Origin: Candidatus Kaiserbacteria bacterium
GTDB taxonomy: Bacteria > Patescibacteriota > Minisyncoccia > Phycocordibacterales > UBA2100
Length of the DNA: 50,122 nt
Assembly: GCA_003164215.1 (NCBI GenBank)
Contig: PLSR01000019.1
Span: 1-50,122 of the forward strand
Direction of reading: 5' to 3'
The notes under the pieces are model-generated. The model did no database searches. It had not been told where the DNA came from and worked only from the letters and a program-made list of their open reading frames with translations. Shown here piece by piece: positions 36,569 to 45,370 of this stretch. Position 1 is the stretch's first letter, and every line of letters begins with the position of its first letter. The position numbers were made by a program, and so were the translations under genes.

Positions 36569-37585
36569 ATGACACTTCGTCGCGGGGTCTCGCTCGGAAT
36601 CGCACTTGTTGCGCTCGTTGCATATGGATTCATGCGGGCGCCTGCGGCGCCCGCTATTACTGCCGTTCTCACACCACAGGTGTCGGGCAATGTGTCGCTC
36701 ATCATTGAGCCAGATGCTGGGGTCGCCCCAATACTTTCATATATCACTAACGCATCAACCTCCGTCGACCTCGTTATGTACGAACTCGAGGATACGAACG
36801 TCGAGCAGGCGCTCGCCAGTGATGCTGCGCGAGGTATTGCAGTACGTGTACTTTTGAACGAGGGTTATTACGGTAAGAAAGAAAATACTACCAATGATGC
36901 TGCATACCAATATCTAACCGCACATGACGTCTCCGTGCATTGGACGCCCGCCTATTTCGCACTCACGCATCAAAAGACGCTTATCATTGATGACAATACA
37001 GCGATCATCATGACGATGAATCTCACACCTCAATATTACGCTTCGAGCCGCGAGTTCAATATCGTGGATACCGATGCGAATGATATCTCGGCGATCGAAT
37101 CAACTTTCACCGATGATTGGAACGATGAGAATGTCGCTGCACAAAACGGTAACGACCTCATCTGGAGTCCCGGTTCAGAGAACGCCCTTCTTGCAATTAT
37201 CAACGGCGCGCATTCATCGCTCGACATCTACAACGAAGAAATGGCTGACGCGAAGGTCACGTCGGCGCTCGAGGCGGCCGCACAACGCGGCGTCGTTGTA
37301 CGAGTTGACATGACCTACGCGAGCGAATGGAAATCTACGTTCTCTGCGCTCACGCAAACCGGGGCGCAGGTGCGCACCTATGCCGCGAATGCTCCTTTGT
37401 ATATCCATGCAAAGATGATCATCGCCGATAATGCGCGCGCATTCGTCGGGAGCGAGAACTTCTCGTCCGGTTCGCTTCAAAATAATCGCGAGCTCGGCAT
37501 CATTACTTCTGATCAGACGACGGTCGGCTCCATCGAACAAACGTTTGAAAAAGATTGGACAGGGGCGAGCATCTTCACACCTTAA
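36569..37585 (+). CDS. Phospholipase D family protein (two HKD-type motifs)
   Basis: HQKTLIID and HAKMIIAD..GSEN; N-terminal signal. Confidence 0.9.
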   Translation: MTLRRGVSLGIALVALVAYGFMRAPAAPAITAVLTPQVSGNVSLIIEPDAGVAPILSYITNASTSVDLVMYELEDTNVEQALASDAARGIAVRVLLNEGYYGKKENTTNDAAYQYLTAHDVSVHWTPAYFALTHQKTLIIDDNTAIIMTMNLTPQYYASSREFNIVDTDANDISAIESTFTDDWNDENVAAQNGNDLIWSPGSENALLAIINGAHSSLDIYNEEMADAKVTSALEAAAQRGVVVRVDMTYASEWKSTFSALTQTGAQVRTYAANAPLYIHAKMIIADNARAFVGSENFSSGSLQNNRELGIITSDQTTVGSIEQTFEKDWTGASIFTP

Positions 37586-38280
37586 TTCCCTCCCGTTTCG
37601 ATCCCTTCGATCAACCCGTCCGAAAGACGGATCACGCGATCAACATATTGCTTATCGTCCGGTTCGTGCGTCACCATGATGATGGTCTGGCCGAACTCTG
37701 TCTTGAGCTTGGTGAAAAGATCGAGGACGATCTTCGCAGAAGCGGTATCAAGATTCGCGGTCGGCTCGTCGGCAAAAACGATCTTCGGGCTATTGATGAG
37801 GGCGCGGGCGATCGCGACGCGCTGTTGTTCACCGCCGGAAAGTTCGTTGGGATAATGTTCGAGTCGCTCGCCGAGCCCGACGATGTTCAGAAGTTCCGCT
37901 GCACGTTTTTTATATTGTGCGGAGTCCGTTCCCAGCGCCATCGCCGGCAAGAAAACGTTCTCGAGTGCATTGAGCTCAACAATGAGCGCGTACTCCTGAA
38001 AGATGAAGCCAAGATGGTCGAGCCGAAAAAGCGTCTTGTGCGAATCAGAAAGCGTGGCGGTGTCCAGTCCGTCGATGTGAACGGTACCGGAAGTCGGCGT
38101 ATCAATGAGATTGAGCTGGTGCAAGAGCGTTGATTTGCCGGAGCCACTTCTGCCCATGATGGCGACGAACTCCCCGCGTGCGACTTCAAAGGTGACGCCA
38201 CGCAAAGCCAGTGTCGGAATATCGCCCGGGTAGGTCTTTGCGAGATCCACAACTCCTATGATCGGTGCTGTTTTATCCAT
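37582..38280 (-). CDS. ABC transporter ATP-binding protein (LolD/MacB-like)
   Basis: GRSGSGKST, LSGGEQQR, ADEPT. Confidence 0.95.
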   Translation of the reverse strand: MDKTAPIIGVVDLAKTYPGDIPTLALRGVTFEVARGEFVAIMGRSGSGKSTLLHQLNLIDTPTSGTVHIDGLDTATLSDSHKTLFRLDHLGFIFQEYALIVELNALENVFLPAMALGTDSAQYKKRAAELLNIVGLGERLEHYPNELSGGEQQRVAIARALINSPKIVFADEPTANLDTASAKIVLDLFTKLKTEFGQTIIMVTHEPDDKQYVDRVIRLSDGLIEGIETGGN

Positions 38281-38284
38281 ATAA

Positions 38285-39508
38285 TTAGCCCCAAATTGCT
38301 TTGAGGATATCTTCGCGCGCGACGATGCGCGCAGGAATGATCCCGGCGAAGAATCCCGCGATGAAGAACGCGGCAACACTTTCCGCGGCAAGATTGAAAC
38401 TGAATGTGAGCAACAGCGGGCCGAACGGCAGCTCGATGGGGTACGCGTGAAGCAGGGGTTCGACAATGAGAAATACGATCATGAGGCCGAGCGCAACGCC
38501 GCAGAGCACATAAAAGAGCGCCTGAAGCACGTACGAATACACAATGATATTCTCCTTGATGCCGATCGCCTTCAAGATACCGATCTGTCGCCGCTTCGCC
38601 ACCGCGTTGATGTAGATCATGACGAAGAGCGTGACGGTCGCGACCAAAACGGAGATCGCGCTCACGATCGCCGCGATGAGTGTGAACGCGTCGAGGACCG
38701 ATTGAATAACGGCGAGAAGTTCAGTGTACATTTGTACTTTCAAATTCGGCGCGAGCGATTGGATGCGCGCTTTGTAGTACGAAAGCGGATGAGTTGACGA
38801 ATCGACCTTCACAAGAATCTCCGACGCCTGGTCGGAAGCTGAGAGCACCGACTCGGCTTCGTGCGACGTGACATACGTATTCGAGAGCGCCGTGCCGAAG
38901 GTGATGCTGATGATGCCCTTCACGGTATATTGCCTCTCTACCCCGTTGCCGTAGACCATGTTCACCTTGTCGCCGACCTTAGCGCCGCCCAGGTCGCTCG
39001 GCACCGGGAGTCCATACCCGCCCGCGAGCGCAGCGGGAAGCAATACTTGATCGGTGTCGGAATCATCGAGAAATTGCCCTGCGACGAGATATTGTTTGAG
39101 CGAAAGTGCGTCATCGACTTGTGTCGGATCAATGCCGATGATCTGCGCCGACACCGTCTTGTAGACACCGTCCTTATTCTTGTCATAGGCGATCGATCCG
39201 GCAGTAAGATAGATGCGCGTTGTGCCAAGAACGCCGGGGATCGTCCGTATTTGCGCCTGCAGTTGCGCTTCGTTCTCGATGAACTCCTTCGGTACCGGTG
39301 ATTGTTGCGGAGTGACGACGATGTCGGAGGTCGATGTATTGGTAAGAAGCCCGGTGATCGTATCAAGCAGTCCCGAGAACACCCCCGGGATGAACATCAT
39401 ATTGAAGAATGAGAGGGAGAGAATGATGAGCATCAGCGCGAGCGTCCCTTTGCGCCCGCGCACGATCGACTTGTAGGCGATGAAGCATGCGGTCTGTATG
39501 GTATTCAT
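38285..39508 (-). CDS. ABC transporter permease (FtsX/MacB-like)
   Basis: RRQIGILKAIG; TM pattern. Confidence 0.9.
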   Translation of the reverse strand: MNTIQTACFIAYKSIVRGRKGTLALMLIILSLSFFNMMFIPGVFSGLLDTITGLLTNTSTSDIVVTPQQSPVPKEFIENEAQLQAQIRTIPGVLGTTRIYLTAGSIAYDKNKDGVYKTVSAQIIGIDPTQVDDALSLKQYLVAGQFLDDSDTDQVLLPAALAGGYGLPVPSDLGGAKVGDKVNMVYGNGVERQYTVKGIISITFGTALSNTYVTSHEAESVLSASDQASEILVKVDSSTHPLSYYKARIQSLAPNLKVQMYTELLAVIQSVLDAFTLIAAIVSAISVLVATVTLFVMIYINAVAKRRQIGILKAIGIKENIIVYSYVLQALFYVLCGVALGLMIVFLIVEPLLHAYPIELPFGPLLLTFSFNLAAESVAAFFIAGFFAGIIPARIVAREDILKAIWG

Positions 39509-39523
39509 GCGCTCTTAAAAGCC

Positions 39524-41062
39524 TCAATTGCTCCCGGTCACTATTTGCTCGCCCTGCGAGAGACCGTCGGTGATCTCGACATTTCCGTTTTGATCTTTGA
39601 GACCGGTCGTGACCGGGACCGTCGTCATCGTACCGTTTTGATACACCTGCACGGATGTGCTCGCGCCATTTTGAGAAAGTGCGCTTGCCGGGACGATCAA
39701 GGTGCTCGTCGCGAATCCGGTATCGATCCAGACGTTCGCGGTCATGCCGGGTTTAACCCCTTGATATTGCTGGCTGAAAAGGAGCGTCGTTTGATAGTAG
39801 ATCGCCCCGCCGATCACGGTCTGTGCAGGGTCGATCTCGCTCACGGCGCCCATAAATTCCGTCCCGATTGGGAATGCATCAAGCTCGATCCGTGCCAACT
39901 GTCCCAGTGCAACGCCGACGATATTATCTTCAGAAACGTTGACTTTCACCTCCAAAACCCCCTGCGGCATGATCGAGACGACCGGAACATCCGGCGTGAT
40001 GACTTCGCCGACATTTCCGTTGGTCGCCGTAACGACACCATCCGAAGGCGCGATGATCTCAAGATCTTTGATCTGCGCCTCGATCACAGCGACGTTCGCC
40101 TGTGCCTGTGCAACGCCCGCTTGTGCGACCGCGATGTCGTTGCCCGTTGAACTTGCGCTGGTGAGCGTGAGCTGCGCTTGCGCTTGCGCGATCGCGGCCT
40201 TTTGTGAAGCGATCGTCTGCTCGAGCGCACGCACTTCGGTTATCGCCGCATTGGTCTCCGTCAAACCGGACGACGCGCTTGCACGGTACGCGGTCGCATT
40301 CACACTGGAAAGACCGGTACTGTCGGTGACTGCAGTCACCGCGGCACTAAGTAGCGATTGTATCGGCGCAAGATGTGCGTCTGCTTGCGCGAGCATCTGA
40401 TCAAGCGATGATGTGTTCAATGAGCTTTGCACGTCGGCGAGCTGTGATTGCCACACGGCAAGCTCGGTCCCCGCTTGAACGCGCTCGGCGACAGCGTTGC
40501 TTTCAACCTGCGAATCGCTGGTGGTAAAGGTAAGCTGCGGCGTGGCGGTCTGTGCATTGGAGAACAGCAGCGCGAGCTGGCTCGTGACCGCATCATTCGC
40601 TTTTGCATAGGCATCCGCAAGCGTAGTCGGGACGGTCGCGTATGAATTCTGAAGTCCTTGTTGCGCGGTCGTGAGCGCGGCATTCGATACGGCGATCGTC
40701 TGCGGCGTCGCGCCCGATTCAAGTTTTTGCAACGTTGCGGTCGCTCCCGCGACCGCCGCTTTCGCCTGGGCAAGCTGTGCATCGAGAATACTCGTATCCT
40801 GCTGCGCCAGTACTTCACCCGCGGACACCTGTTGATTGACCGAGACATTCAAGGCGGTCATGGTGCCGCTCGTTTGGAAATGCAGATCGGTCGTCGTCGG
40901 TGATTGCACGTTGCCGCTTGCGAGAACTTCCTGCGTGATACTGCTCTGTGTCACCGTCGCGAGCTGATACTTCGGCTTGCTCGCGGCGCGATAGTACAGC
41001 GCTCCGCCGATCCCGGCGAGAATGACGATTCCTACAAAGACAACGATGGTTCGTGTACGCAT
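39524..41062 (-). CDS. Efflux periplasmic adaptor (MFP)
   Basis: ASGNV, long coiled coil, IIAPSDGVV, KPGMTA, GLSQGE. Confidence 0.9.
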   Translation of the reverse strand: MRTRTIVVFVGIVILAGIGGALYYRAASKPKYQLATVTQSSITQEVLASGNVQSPTTTDLHFQTSGTMTALNVSVNQQVSAGEVLAQQDTSILDAQLAQAKAAVAGATATLQKLESGATPQTIAVSNAALTTAQQGLQNSYATVPTTLADAYAKANDAVTSQLALLFSNAQTATPQLTFTTSDSQVESNAVAERVQAGTELAVWQSQLADVQSSLNTSSLDQMLAQADAHLAPIQSLLSAAVTAVTDSTGLSSVNATAYRASASSGLTETNAAITEVRALEQTIASQKAAIAQAQAQLTLTSASSTGNDIAVAQAGVAQAQANVAVIEAQIKDLEIIAPSDGVVTATNGNVGEVITPDVPVVSIMPQGVLEVKVNVSEDNIVGVALGQLARIELDAFPIGTEFMGAVSEIDPAQTVIGGAIYYQTTLLFSQQYQGVKPGMTANVWIDTGFATSTLIVPASALSQNGASTSVQVYQNGTMTTVPVTTGLKDQNGNVEITDGLSQGEQIVTGSN

Positions 41063-41167
41063 GTTTGTGCCCGAATTAACTAACGGGCTGTTTCGTCAAT
41101 AATCGTAGCATGAAAAAACGGCGGGATTTCATCGCTGACAGATCCACCTGGTGTCGCTCATTATTTT

Positions 41168-41305
41168 GCGGGAGCTTGCGGGTACGCAACTCCACTTGGG
41201 TTTTCTAGCACGGAGTACCGTGAAGAAAATCTCGGCGGGAGCTTGCGGGTACGCAACTCCACTTGGATTTTTATAGTCGCTAGCACTCCTTAAAAATCTC
41301 GGCGG
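41168..41305 (-). repeat. Two 67-bp tandem units at the 3' end of tRNA-Ser
   Basis: 32 bp identical at 41168 and 41235; AAAATCTCGGCGG at 41226 and 41293; variable middle. Confidence 0.9.
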
Positions 41306-41387
41306 ATGGGGTGAGATTCGAACTCACGACACCTTGCGGTGTGACGGTTTTCAAGACCGTTGCCTTAGACCACTCGGCCACCCATCC
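41303..41387 (-). tRNA. tRNA-Ser(TGA)
   Basis: Loop CTTGAAA; long variable arm. Confidence 0.95.
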
Positions 41388-41425
41388 GGAACCCCTTTTG
41401 TACCATGGCGCGGCACTTTACGCAC

Positions 41426-41923
41426 ATGAGTAATGATACAATTATCGCATCTATGCCGCAGTCACACGTGATTCTTCGTTGGAGCGCATTCGAGCACGAG
41501 CATATCGAACGCGGCAGCGATTGGTTTTTGGGATTGGGCATCGTCGCCGTCTCCATCGGGATCGTGAGCATCATATTCCACGATGTGCTCTTCGCGGTCC
41601 TCATCCTCGTAGCCGCGGTGACGATCGCGATCCTTGCGGTGCATCCGCCTGAACTCTCGGAATTCGAGATCTCGGAACGTGGCGTCAGGGTCGCGGGGCG
41701 TCTCCACCGTTACGAAGAGATCATTTCATTCTGGGTCGAAGACGAGAATGGTGATCGTCCGACACTGCTCATCGACACCGTGAAGTTCATGCATCCCAAC
41801 ATCATCATTCCGATCGATCATATCGATCCGCACGAAGTGCGTGCCTACCTTCGGGAACATGCCGAGGAAACGCCGATGAAGGAACCGATGGCGCACAAAA
41901 TACTGGAATTCTTCGGGCTATAG
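41426..41923 (+). CDS. Conserved CPR membrane protein (two TM plus PH-like domain)
   Basis: WSAFEHEH..DWF, two TM segments, FEISERGV; start uncertain. Confidence 0.7.
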   Translation: MSNDTIIASMPQSHVILRWSAFEHEHIERGSDWFLGLGIVAVSIGIVSIIFHDVLFAVLILVAAVTIAILAVHPPELSEFEISERGVRVAGRLHRYEEIISFWVEDENGDRPTLLIDTVKFMHPNIIIPIDHIDPHEVRAYLREHAEETPMKEPMAHKILEFFGL

Positions 41924-41977
41924 TATGCACAAGCATGTGCCATTTTTACTCACCGAGGCCTAACAAGATATTAGTCG

Positions 41978-44056
41978 TTAGTCCGAAGCGGATGATGTAG
42001 TAATCGTACTAGTACTTGTCACGCCACTGACTGTGATCGGGGCGATCGCTTGCATTGTTGTACCGGTCGTCGACTGACATGTCAGTACCGCCGTCATCGG
42101 GGTTGTAAGCACGGGCGTTTGTACGACCCCATTGATACTCAAATTATTCGCATTCGCGGACGTGAACGCGTCGTTGTCCGGACTTGAGATGACGCAGGAT
42201 TGCATGCCGGTCGTCACCCATCCAACGGTCGACGACGCGCCGACGGCGATCGAGTTCGGATTGGCGATGATGACGATCGACGGCTGTGTGACCTGCACCG
42301 CGCACTGTGCACTTGCGGTCTGGCTTTGATTTGTGCAGGTCAATGCGTAATTAATCGAGGTGGCTCCGGAGGCGGGTGTTGTTACCGTCGCTGTTGCAGA
42401 ACCCGAGAGCTGATTGCTCGTACTAAACCCGGTACCCGATGAACCTGTCGCATTCCCGCACGAGTATGAGATCGATATCGACATGCCGACATTGGCCGTC
42501 TGTGGCTGACATGAGAGGGTCGCGGTCGGTGTGTTCGCGGTATTGGTTTGGCATGACCACGTAGTCGGACATCCATTCGACTGACGCTGTTGTTGCCATG
42601 TACCGACGTTGCATGACGAAGCGGCCGGTTGTTGCTGTGGTTGCGGACATGCGTTGCCATCAGAGCCGGTTCCGTAGGGAGCGTTGTTCGTGTTTTGCTG
42701 TTGTGCAGCTTGTTGCATCTGTTGCATCGCCATTCCGCGCGCCAGTCCCTGTGCGAGACCAGTGAGGAACGAGGTGAGGCCGGAGCCGAGACCATTTTGG
42801 GCAGGCGCAGCTGGCGTTTTTTGTTCCGGTGCGGCCGGCGCTGCCTGGTTTGGCGAGCAGGTGCCGCCTATGTTTGAGTAACCGGCATTACACGTGACAC
42901 ACTGGTTACCATTGGCCGTTTGGCAATTTGGCGGAGCGAAAGTGTTTGGAGGAGCTGCAGGGGTATTTGGCGAACAAGTGCCGCCTATGTTTGAGTAGCC
43001 GGAATCGCAGGTGGTACACGTACCGCTCGTGGAATTAGCACAATTTGGCGGTTGAGCTGCATCCGGACTTGCGGGACTTTGACCCGGTGTTTCAGGGGGA
43101 GGAGTCGGGTTACAGGAGCTACCCGATAGGCTGTACCCACCAGGACAAGTGCAGGTACCACCCGCTTCTAGATCACCGCAGGTAGGAGAAGGATTACCCG
43201 GAGTCAGATCGGGATTTGTAGAGATGGGTGATTCCAAATTTGAACAATTGCCAGTACTGCCGTCGGTGCACGTCGTTGGCGTTGGGGTATTCTCAAGTGC
43301 TTGGATCTGTTGCTGTGCCGTATCGATATTTGCCGTCCCACCCGTATTCACGGCACCAGTGCCATCTGTATTTTGCGCAGTCGCAGAAAGATCTGAGCTC
43401 AGTGCGGAAAGGTCACCGCCCTCACTTTTGAATTGGCTGATCTGATTCGGAATTGACGCCGCCGCAGAACCGGGAATGTTCTGGGCGACTGACGCGGTGA
43501 GGAGGCTTTTATCGTTCACACTACCCCCGGCCACACATTTCATTTGTGATGAGCACCCACCGGAACCTGGGGCACAAAACTGCACATAACCCGGCGGGGC
43601 TACTCCTCCTGGCCAGTTATTCCCTACATTAGGAGTCGACATCGTTTGTGTCCCTACAACTTCAACGGTGGGGCCTGTTGCACTCGCATTATCGGTCACC
43701 CTATATTGACATCCAGGTAAACATTGCTGATCGATCGTACCGGAGGACGATGTTGTTTTGTCGCTAGTGCACGGACATCCCTTTTCATTGGTCGTGCTCG
43801 TGTAATCGCAGGAAGGGGTCTTGCCTGCTCCCGAGTTACTTTGAGTAGCTGCCCCAGAATTATCTGTCATAGTAGTGAGACCAGGTTCCAGACGATCGTC
43901 GGTCGCCGCCGTCAGATCTGTCGGTGCATAGGCGAAACTGCCCGCCGAACGTGCATATTGTAGCGTTACGTAGATCGCTCCCAAGACCGCAATGAGTACG
44001 ATCGCCGCGAGAACCGAAGCTCCGCGTTTCTTCCTCCCGCCTACAGACGCATACAT
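41978..44056 (-). CDS. Large Cys/Thr/Gly-rich membrane-anchored surface protein
   Basis: N-terminal TM, many Cys pairs, internal repeat, Ig-like C-terminus. Confidence 0.75.
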   Translation of the reverse strand: MYASVGGRKKRGASVLAAIVLIAVLGAIYVTLQYARSAGSFAYAPTDLTAATDDRLEPGLTTMTDNSGAATQSNSGAGKTPSCDYTSTTNEKGCPCTSDKTTSSSGTIDQQCLPGCQYRVTDNASATGPTVEVVGTQTMSTPNVGNNWPGGVAPPGYVQFCAPGSGGCSSQMKCVAGGSVNDKSLLTASVAQNIPGSAAASIPNQISQFKSEGGDLSALSSDLSATAQNTDGTGAVNTGGTANIDTAQQQIQALENTPTPTTCTDGSTGNCSNLESPISTNPDLTPGNPSPTCGDLEAGGTCTCPGGYSLSGSSCNPTPPPETPGQSPASPDAAQPPNCANSTSGTCTTCDSGYSNIGGTCSPNTPAAPPNTFAPPNCQTANGNQCVTCNAGYSNIGGTCSPNQAAPAAPEQKTPAAPAQNGLGSGLTSFLTGLAQGLARGMAMQQMQQAAQQQNTNNAPYGTGSDGNACPQPQQQPAASSCNVGTWQQQRQSNGCPTTWSCQTNTANTPTATLSCQPQTANVGMSISISYSCGNATGSSGTGFSTSNQLSGSATATVTTPASGATSINYALTCTNQSQTASAQCAVQVTQPSIVIIANPNSIAVGASSTVGWVTTGMQSCVISSPDNDAFTSANANNLSINGVVQTPVLTTPMTAVLTCQSTTGTTMQAIAPITVSGVTSTSTITTSSASD

Positions 44057-44163
44057 GTCGCAATCATGGCGCCTAATGGCTTCATCTGCAATGGCATTTT
44101 GGGGGGTTTGTGGAAAAGAAATTAAAAGCAGGACTTCCACTTCCGATTTTGAAGACAACTCAT

Positions 44164-44258
44164 GGTCACAGATAATTTTCTACTGAAAATTTCGCCGGCC
44201 CCGGCTCGCACCGACGTGCTCCGCCGAGCACAAAACTGCGCTTACTCGTTTTGTGCTC
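44164..44258 (-). repeat. Structured tRNA 3' trailer element (Arg-GCG copy)
   Basis: GGAGCAC-GTCG-GTGCGAGCCGG..AATTTTCAGTAGAAAATT..GTGACC. Confidence 0.8.
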
Positions 44259-44325
44259 CCGGCAGGAATCGAACCTACATCACGACCTCCGCAAGGTCGC
44301 GTCCTATCCGTTGAACGACGGGAGC
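44254..44325 (-). tRNA. tRNA-Arg(GCG)
   Basis: CGACC-TTGCGGA-GGTCG anticodon arm. Confidence 0.92.
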
Positions 44326-44353
44326 ATTGAACAGCCGAACTATACCACGAACG

Positions 44354-44620
44354 TTATTTCGTTGCCGCGCCCAAATGCTTTGCGATGCGAGACTTCATTC
44401 GTGCGGCGGTGTTCTTCTTGATCGTGCCGTGCTTGGCGGCCTTATCGATCGCTTTGTAGAGAGCCGGCATGCTTGCCGCAGCGCCCTTCGTATCTTTACC
44501 AGTGATGAGTTTGCCGGTCTCTTTGACGGCATCCTTCATGACTTTCTTGCGGCGTATATTAAAAACCTTCCGTCGAGTGGAAACGCGAAGTGCTTTTTTT
44601 GCAGAACTTGTTTTTGCCAT
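44354..44620 (-). CDS. rpsT: 30S ribosomal protein S20
   Basis: SAKKA, AIDKAAKHG.IKKNTAARMKSR. Confidence 0.96.
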   Translation of the reverse strand: MAKTSSAKKALRVSTRRKVFNIRRKKVMKDAVKETGKLITGKDTKGAAASMPALYKAIDKAAKHGTIKKNTAARMKSRIAKHLGAATK

Positions 44621-44685
44621 TCCCGCGATACTACCCTTTTTCGCCGCGAGATGCAAGAAATGCCGCCCAATCGCCGCCTCTCGCG

Positions 44686-44745
44686 GTTACCAAGCTCAGA
44701 GCTTGGTGACTTCTGTGGAAAACTACAGAGCTCTGAGCTTTGTAG
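44686..44745. repeat. Two copies of the (T)ACCAAGCTC-W-GAGCTT palindrome
   Basis: GTTACCAAGCTCAGAGCTTGGTGAC and CTACAGAGCTCTGAGCTTTGTAG. Confidence 0.8.
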
Positions 44746-44785
44746 GCGGCGGGACGCGGAATGCGCGGTGCGGTATGATACGGTC

Positions 44786-45370
44786 ATGATCGGCTATCTT
44801 GAGGGTACGGTTCGGGCGATTCGTGACAACCACTGCATCGTTCTCGCCGGTGGCGTCGGATACAAAGTATTCACGACTAAAGAGACGCTCGCACGACTCG
44901 TGCTGGAAAAACAAGTCGCCTTCTGGACGCATCTCGCCGTGCGCGAAGATGTCCTTGATCTCTACGGATTTCGCGGCGAGGAAGAACTTGCCTCGTTCGC
45001 CCTCCTCCTCTCCGTCTCGGGTATCGGACCGAAATCGGCACTCGGAATCCTTGATATCGCGTCTTCGGAAACCTTGCGCAGCGCGATCGCATCGGGCAAC
45101 GCCGCATATCTCACCAATGTCTCCGGCATCGGCAAGAAGACAGCCGAGAAGATCGTACTCGAGCTCAAAGACAAAGTGCAGGCCGGTGGAAGCGCCGGCC
45201 CCGCGATGCCCAAGGGCGACATGGAAGCGCTCGAGGCAATGCGCGCCTTGGGTTATTCCGCCGACGAAGGTCGTAAGGCGTTGCGCAACGTTCCGCCCGA
45301 AATCGAGGGTTCAAGCGAACGTTTGCGTGAAGCATTGCGAATTCTCGGGACACACAAAAATGACTCATGA
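44786..45370 (+). CDS. ruvA: Holliday junction branch migration protein RuvA
   Basis: MIGYLEG, GVGY, VRED, VSGIGPK, GIGKKTAEKI. Confidence 0.97.
   Translation: MIGYLEGTVRAIRDNHCIVLAGGVGYKVFTTKETLARLVLEKQVAFWTHLAVREDVLDLYGFRGEEELASFALLLSVSGIGPKSALGILDIASSETLRSAIASGNAAYLTNVSGIGKKTAEKIVLELKDKVQAGGSAGPAMPKGDMEALEAMRALGYSADEGRKALRNVPPEIEGSSERLREALRILGTHKNDS

Noticed and set aside
41168-41305. Mini CRISPR array
   Set aside because: Only two units, short variable part, anchored on a tRNA end, and no cas genes in the window
44327-44785. N-terminal extension of RuvA (347-aa ORF), and similar extensions at 745, 35563 and 38466
   Set aside because: They overlap other genes; better starts lie downstream at family-typical positions
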